Assembly (NCBI GenBank): GCA_044440125.1
Contig: JBITAJ010000031.1
Span: forward strand, 28,225 to 92,224
Direction: 5' to 3'
DNA length: 64,000 nt
DNA from: Sedimentisphaeraceae bacterium JB056
GTDB taxonomy: Bacteria > Planctomycetota > Phycisphaerae > Sedimentisphaerales > Sedimentisphaeraceae
In this document: one piece after another, positions 58,685 to 64,000 of the stretch
Layout: each line of letters opens with the position of its first letter
Position numbering within the stretch: the stretch's first letter is position 1
Made by a program: the position numbers and the translations under genes
The notes under the pieces: generated by a model
The model's input: only the letters and a program-made list of their open reading frames with translations
Databases searched by the model: none
What the model was told of the DNA's origin: nothing

Positions 58685-61108
58685 TTATAGAAATTCACGT
58701 ATTTTATCAGCAAGTTCCAAGTAATTTACAGGTTTTGATAGATACTCATCACAACCAGCATTGAAACAATCTTTACGATCCGATTGCATCGCATTGGCAG
58801 TAATTGAGATAATAGGTGTATTTATTCCTGCTTTCCGGATTTGTCTTGTAGCATCATATCCGTTCATTCTTGGCATTTGAATATCCATAAAGATCAAATC
58901 AAACGAATTTTCTCTTACCTTCTCCAAAGCTTCCAGACCATCACCGGCGATAAATACCGTAAGCCCCATCTTCTCAAGCATAAGTTTTAACAGCTTCTGG
59001 TTCATAACTGAATCCTCAACAACTAAAACCAAACCTGTAAAACAGGGAGTATATCTCAAGGTTTTTGCCGAGCTAAAAGATAAATTAATATCGGGTTCAT
59101 ATATATCATCTCCTGCATATATTTTTAGGGTAAACACCGAACCTTTATTCGGCTCACTTATAAACGTAAGGTCACCGCCAAGCAATTGGGCAAGTTTCTT
59201 TGTAATCGCAAGCCCAAGACCGGCCCCACCATATTTTCTGGAGTGTCCATAATCAACCTGAAAGAAAGAATCAAATATATCGGTCTTTTTATCATTTGGT
59301 ATTCCTATCCCGGTGTCGGCAATCTCAAATTTTATGTACAATTTATCATTATTTTTTTCAGAATATACTTTTACGGAAACCCCGCCTTTATCAGTAAATT
59401 TCAAGGCGTTATTAATCAAATTAATAAGGCACTGGTTTAGTCGTACGGCATCAGTTTTTATCAGAGGCGGAATATTAATATCTTTTTCAAACTCAATCCC
59501 AATTTTTTTCATCTGAGCCATAGGGCTGAATATGGATTCTATCTGCGACAAAACTTCATCAACACTGCACTCCTGAATATAAATCTTTAAACTGTCCGCT
59601 TCAATCGTTGAAAAGTCTAGAATGTCGTTAACCAAATGCAGTAAAATACGTCCCTGTGTATTTATTATATCTATAAACTCTTTCTGATTTCTCTCAAAAT
59701 GTTCATCATTAAGCATCTGACTGAAACCAATAATTGAATTCAGAGGTGTACGAAGCTCATGGCTCATATTGGCCAGAAATTGATTTTTAGCCGCATTAGA
59801 AATTCTCAACTGATCTTCTTTTCTCTTGCGACTTAAGGCGGTTCCAATAGATGATGCAAACAACTTAAGAATAGATCGCTCACTATCTGACCATTCATAT
59901 TCATAGTGGCAATTATCAAAACCTAAGAAACCATAGAATTGATTATCGACCATTATTGGTACTACAAGAATAGAAACTATTCCTTGATTTTGAAGAACAG
60001 AACGCTCTTGTTCGGGAAAATCCTTAATGAGCCCTTCAATTGTTCTACCACAACTAAGCTCACTGTACCATCGCGGGACAAAATTTTGATAAGATACATT
60101 CTGCAATTCAGGATTGTCAATCTCGGCAGAAACACCGGGAGCAACCCACTCATAACGCTGACTTGTAAGCAAATTGCCCTGTTCATCTTTATGGTTCTCA
60201 AAAATATAGACTCTGTCTTGCTGGCAAACATTCCCGATAACATTTATCGACTCATTTATCGACAACCTCAAATCTTTTTCAGACAGTAGCAGATTGCAAA
60301 CTTCTAAAGCAGCAATCAAATTTTTGTGTCTCTTTTGTTTTGTAACATCATGAGCGATTCCGATAAGAGCATTGGGCTGGTTATCTTCATCTTTAATTAA
60401 AAAAGTACGACAGTCAACAAAAAAACAGTTACCGGCTTTATCTGAATTGACAATTTCACCACTCCAACGCCCTTGCTTTATTGTGTTTTCAATTATTTGT
60501 TTCTGAAAAACATCGTTTTCTTGAGAATCATTAAAAACACCTACAGATTTACCAATCAAATCTTCTCTGACTTTTCCATGTCGTTTGCATTGGGCATCAT
60601 TAACATAAGTAATAATGCCATCAAGGTCAGTTATTGTAACCATATCCTCAATCTGATCAAGAGCTGATGCCTTAAGATTCAAAAGATTCTTGCAATATTT
60701 GTATTCAGTAACATTCCTTGCAACCCCCATTACACCAATCACATCGCCAGCAGCATCTTGCAAAGTGGTCTTAGAAGTTTCAAAAGTCAGCATTTTGCCG
60801 TCTGGACACTTAAGATATTCCTCACATATAGCTATCTCTCCAGACTCCATTACAAATTCATCTTTTTTTCTGAATAAATCCGCCATATCTTTGTCAAAAA
60901 TTTCATAATCAGTCTTTCCTATAATCTGATAATGTTTTCTGCCGACAAGATTTTCAAATTTCTTATTACAACCCGAATACACCCCTTCTTTGTTTTTTAA
61001 AAAAACGCAGTCCGATATTGAATCTAATAAGGAATCCAAAATACAGTTATTAAAACAGGCTTCACTATTAGTCAACAATTCCTTATCAAAATTAAAAGAT
61101 TTTAACAT
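58685..61108 (-). CDS. Cytoplasmic hybrid histidine kinase (2 PAS, GAF, HisKA, HATPase, REC)
   Basis: FLANMSHELRTPLN, NNALKFT, DTGIG, GGAGLGL, VVEDS..NQ, MDIQMP.MNG, LSKP; GAF DRVYIFE...QRYEW...GFLGFD. ATG 61108 preferred over TTG 61123. Confidence 0.95.
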   Translation of the reverse strand: MLKSFNFDKELLTNSEACFNNCILDSLLDSISDCVFLKNKEGVYSGCNKKFENLVGRKHYQIIGKTDYEIFDKDMADLFRKKDEFVMESGEIAICEEYLKCPDGKMLTFETSKTTLQDAAGDVIGVMGVARNVTEYKYCKNLLNLKASALDQIEDMVTITDLDGIITYVNDAQCKRHGKVREDLIGKSVGVFNDSQENDVFQKQIIENTIKQGRWSGEIVNSDKAGNCFFVDCRTFLIKDEDNQPNALIGIAHDVTKQKRHKNLIAALEVCNLLLSEKDLRLSINESINVIGNVCQQDRVYIFENHKDEQGNLLTSQRYEWVAPGVSAEIDNPELQNVSYQNFVPRWYSELSCGRTIEGLIKDFPEQERSVLQNQGIVSILVVPIMVDNQFYGFLGFDNCHYEYEWSDSERSILKLFASSIGTALSRKRKEDQLRISNAAKNQFLANMSHELRTPLNSIIGFSQMLNDEHFERNQKEFIDIINTQGRILLHLVNDILDFSTIEADSLKIYIQECSVDEVLSQIESIFSPMAQMKKIGIEFEKDINIPPLIKTDAVRLNQCLINLINNALKFTDKGGVSVKVYSEKNNDKLYIKFEIADTGIGIPNDKKTDIFDSFFQVDYGHSRKYGGAGLGLAITKKLAQLLGGDLTFISEPNKGSVFTLKIYAGDDIYEPDINLSFSSAKTLRYTPCFTGLVLVVEDSVMNQKLLKLMLEKMGLTVFIAGDGLEALEKVRENSFDLIFMDIQMPRMNGYDATRQIRKAGINTPIISITANAMQSDRKDCFNAGCDEYLSKPVNYLELADKIREFL

Positions 61109-61347
61109 GTTATTCCCAAACAAATTTATACCTTGCAGATATAACCCAGTTAATTACGCTTGCAACCTGTTTAAACAATCTAGAATATCATAAAATTAAT
61201 ATTTTACAAAAGCCAGAACTAAAGTTTTTTATTCTCTCAATGTTTCTGCAAAAAGCATTATTACTATTATATAGTAGTTAAATACTTTTTCATTGTCAAC
61301 AAATAGCTAAGAAAAACATTTTAAAAAACAAAACCCATACTAAGCTG

Positions 61348-61923
61348 TTATAGTGTTTTATTAAAAGTATCTTCCGTAACAAGATAATCTACCGGCTGGT
61401 CGTGTGTATCGGTTGCTATTTCTTCGAGTATCTGGCATGACAGACAAAAGCCGCATTTTTTAGCGTTCAGTCCTTTTTTTGCCAAGAACTTATCATAATA
61501 TCCTCCGCCGCGGCCGAGCCTTCTGCCGCTGGTGTCGTAACCAAGGGCGGGAACAATCACAACATCAATCAACTCAACATCAATCGGGTCAATTATCTCA
61601 GGCTGCCAGATGCCGTAATTATCTTTTATGAGCCCTTCAGTAAGGCTTTTCAGCCTTGCAGGCACGATCTCTTTTCTCTCAAAATCAACTACAGGCACAA
61701 CCACCTGTTTGCCCTCATCCAATGCTCGCTGCATAATAAGATTGGGGCTGGCCTCAAGCCTCATAGCCATATAACCCATTATAACACTTGAATTTGCAAA
61801 TAAACTGCTGTCAAGAAATCTTTCACAAACACGGCGGCTCAACTGCTCAACACTCTTGCCGCCAAGAGCTTTAAGAGCTTCTTTAACAATCATCCGCTGC
61901 TGTTTTTTGCCAATCAAAATCAA
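61348..61923 (-). CDS. fau: 5-formyltetrahydrofolate cyclo-ligase
   Basis: YGIWQP, DVVIVPAL, RLGRGGGYYDKFL, HDQPVD..VTE; TTG start after AAGGA. Confidence 0.92.
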   Translation of the reverse strand: MILIGKKQQRMIVKEALKALGGKSVEQLSRRVCERFLDSSLFANSSVIMGYMAMRLEASPNLIMQRALDEGKQVVVPVVDFERKEIVPARLKSLTEGLIKDNYGIWQPEIIDPIDVELIDVVIVPALGYDTSGRRLGRGGGYYDKFLAKKGLNAKKCGFCLSCQILEEIATDTHDQPVDYLVTEDTFNKTL

Positions 61924-61926
61924 TCC

Positions 61927-62325
61927 TTACGAAAAAGCCAAAGCTCCGGCTCTCATATAATCTCCAATACCACGATAACCTTTAGATTTAGCAAAGGCTT
62001 CAATCACCGCTTTTTCAACCGCAGAAAGACGGATATTTACCTGTTCACTCCTTTGACCGTGATTTGCCGGCATTGGCGGCATCTGCCCCGCCTCAAGCAT
62101 CACTGCTATAGATGCCCTCAAAGCTTCGAAGGTGTTTTTTACACACTGATTTGAAGTTTTACCCTCGCCAAAGACATTCGGCATCTCAAGACCATGACCA
62201 AACCAAATACCGTCTTCCTGAGTCAAGACAATTTGGTACTTATCCGCAAGTTTTTTTGCGGTTCCTTCGACATTCTTATCGAATGGGCGAATAAGTTCAT
62301 CAGAGTTTTTCGATTTGTCGGACAT
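61927..62325 (-). CDS. hicB: HicB-family antitoxin with RHH-like C-terminus
   Basis: YQIVL..EDG.W.G...EMP.V.GEGKT; QVNIRLS..EK..IE..AK.KG. Confidence 0.82.
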   Translation of the reverse strand: MSDKSKNSDELIRPFDKNVEGTAKKLADKYQIVLTQEDGIWFGHGLEMPNVFGEGKTSNQCVKNTFEALRASIAVMLEAGQMPPMPANHGQRSEQVNIRLSAVEKAVIEAFAKSKGYRGIGDYMRAGALAFS

Positions 62326-62479
62326 AGTATGGCTTTACCTTTCTGTTGTGTACAGGAATACTCACCGGTAAGGCTTTGGGTTTAACAAAAATGTGATGCG
62401 ACCCCGATACCCTCGCCAGAGTATATCCCTTACCTTCAAGCATCTTCTTAACTTTGCTAAATTTAACCTCACTCGGCAT
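62300..62479 (-). CDS. hicA: HicA-family mRNA interferase toxin, 59 aa
   Basis: LEGKGY.LARVSGSHHIF..P....SIPVH...VKPYYVRQI; start at ATG 62479. Confidence 0.88.
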   Translation of the reverse strand: MPSEVKFSKVKKMLEGKGYTLARVSGSHHIFVKPKALPVSIPVHNRKVKPYYVRQIEKL

Positions 62480-62483
62480 ACTT

Positions 62484-62514
62484 AAAGTATAGCCTACGAT
62501 ATACTTTTTGTCAA
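62484..62514 (-). promoter_or_regulatory. hicAB promoter with overlapping palindromic operator
   Basis: Minus strand TTGACA-17 nt-TATACT; AAAGTATA-N8-TATACTTT inverted repeat at 62484-62507. Confidence 0.85.
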
Positions 62515-63869
62515 GTCTTTTTATCAGTCCTGCTTTTAAGGTTAGCGGCCTTATATTCGCGTAATCTCTGCAAATGTTCCTTGATATGCTTCTCACGGCC
62601 GATATCCTTGGGCTCATAATACCTTAATTCTTTTTCAGAACCAAGATAATCCTGAGCAACATAACCGCCCGGATAATCATGCGGATATTTGTAGCCCTGA
62701 CCACGGCCGAGCTTCGCGGCGGATTTATAATGAGCATCCTGCAAGTGCGGCGGAACCTCTAAGATCCGTCCGTTTTCAATATCACCGATAGCGTTCGCCA
62801 CTGCCATGCAAGCGGCATTTGACTTCGGTGCACAGGCAAGATAAGTGGCAAGTTGAGAAAGCGGTATCTTCGCCTCTGGGAAACCGATAAAATCAGCAAT
62901 CTGGCACACTGAAGCGGCAAGCACCGTAGCAAAAGGATCGGCATTGCCAATATCCTCGGCTGCGCATACCGCCAATCGCCTTGCAATAAAGCGAACATTC
63001 TCACCACCGGCTATCATTCTGCCAAGCCAGTAAACAGCGGCATCAGGGTCTGAGCCGCGTATGCTTTTCTGCAAAGCGCTCGCTATATCGTAATGATTGT
63101 CGCCGCTGCTGTCGTATTTGATGCTTTTCTTCTGAACAGACTCCTTAGCGGAATCAACATCAATAACCACAACCCCGTCCTTACTGTTCTTAGCCTGACT
63201 CAATACCGTTATCTCAAGTGCATTGAGACTTCTGCGGCCATCACCATCACAGATTTCAGCAATAAATTTAAGTGCCGCGGGATCGGCCTTTATCTTCATT
63301 TCTCCAAAGCCGCGTTCCTTGTCCTCTATAGCCTTCTCCATGAGCCATACGACATCATCTTCGCCAAGAGGTTTGAACTCAAATACAGTACTGCGGCTGA
63401 TAAGAGGCCCATTGACCGAAAAATAAGGGTTCTCCGTTGTGGCACCGATAAGGATTATTATTCCATGCTCAACATCAGAAAGCAGAGAATCCTGCTGGGC
63501 ACGATTAAAGCGATGTATCTCATCAAGGAAAAGAATCGTTTTGGAGCCGCTGACAACAAGCCTGTCTTTGGCATTTTGAGTCACACTCCTGATATCCTTG
63601 ACTCCGGCACTTGTGGCGTTAAGATAGCGAAAATCAGCACTGATCGTATTGGCAATGACTCTTGCAAGGGAAGTCTTACCCACTCCGGGCGGGCCGTAAA
63701 AGATCACACTGGTAAGCCTGTCAGCATCAAGCATTCGCCGCAAAAGCTTACCTTCACCAACAAAATGGCTCTGTCCGGCAAACTCATCAAGCATCCGAGG
63801 ACGCATGCGGACCGCCAAAGGTGCGTTGGCGAGTATCTTTTCTTCTTCTTTTTTATCAAAAAGTCCCAT
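62511..63869 (-). CDS. rarA: Replication-associated recombination protein A (RarA/MgsA)
   Basis: [62 protein letters not shown]. Confidence 0.96.
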   Translation of the reverse strand: MGLFDKKEEEKILANAPLAVRMRPRMLDEFAGQSHFVGEGKLLRRMLDADRLTSVIFYGPPGVGKTSLARVIANTISADFRYLNATSAGVKDIRSVTQNAKDRLVVSGSKTILFLDEIHRFNRAQQDSLLSDVEHGIIILIGATTENPYFSVNGPLISRSTVFEFKPLGEDDVVWLMEKAIEDKERGFGEMKIKADPAALKFIAEICDGDGRRSLNALEITVLSQAKNSKDGVVVIDVDSAKESVQKKSIKYDSSGDNHYDIASALQKSIRGSDPDAAVYWLGRMIAGGENVRFIARRLAVCAAEDIGNADPFATVLAASVCQIADFIGFPEAKIPLSQLATYLACAPKSNAACMAVANAIGDIENGRILEVPPHLQDAHYKSAAKLGRGQGYKYPHDYPGGYVAQDYLGSEKELRYYEPKDIGREKHIKEHLQRLREYKAANLKSRTDKKT

Positions 63870-64000
63870 TATCAGTTATCAGTTATCAGTTATCAGTTAT
63901 CAGTTATCAGTTATCAGTTATCAGTTATCAGTTATCAGTTATCAGTTATCAGTTATCAGTTATCAGTTATCAGTTATCAGTTATCAGTTATCAGTTATCA
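63869..64000. repeat. Perfect heptamer tandem repeat (TTATCAG)n; 18 full copies plus 6 nt, cut by the window end
   Basis: Direct reading; no mismatches in 132 nt. Confidence 0.99.

Noticed and set aside
61924..61926. 6S RNA expected upstream of the cyclo-ligase gene
   Set aside because: Only 3 nt separate hicB from that gene; there is no room.
1..64000. Prophage, IS element, integron, tRNA or rRNA
   Set aside because: No integrase, transposase, phage structural gene or RNA-gene signature was recognised by eye; tRNAscan-SE and an IS search would confirm.

Overview
64-kb chromosomal segment of a bacterium, most likely an anaerobic planctomycete of the Phycisphaerae/Sedimentisphaerales type. 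That assignment is inference from a bacterial topoisomerase VI B gene, GLUG proteins with dockerin-like tails, carbohydrate-active enzymes and broken-up operons. About 47 protein-coding genes are supported. Housekeeping: hisS, pdxB, coaB, nadD, aroK, thiF, xseA, addAB, top6B, rarA, 5-formyl-THF cyclo-ligase. Nitrogen uptake: amtB-glnK. Also three sensor kinases, secreted polysaccharide enzymes and two toxin-antitoxin loci. No rRNA, tRNA, CRISPR array, integrase or transposase was recognised. Most notable: (1) four 22-bp palindromes at about 40-bp period ahead of a HipB-like HTH gene whose HipA partner appears reduced to a 13-codon stub followed by an unrelated membrane gene; (2) a secreted protein with a catalytically dead caspase-like domain in tandem with an intact one, sharing its GLUG/dockerin-like tail with a second surface protein; (3) a perfect (TTATCAG)n array running into the rarA start codon; (4) a candidate ~160-nt structured RNA at 25830-25990; (5) a multi-element amtB control region; (6) a 513-aa protein with a split HPr domain; (7) a leaderless hicAB cassette between rarA and the cyclo-ligase gene. 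All calls are from manual motif reading; no database search or folding program was run.
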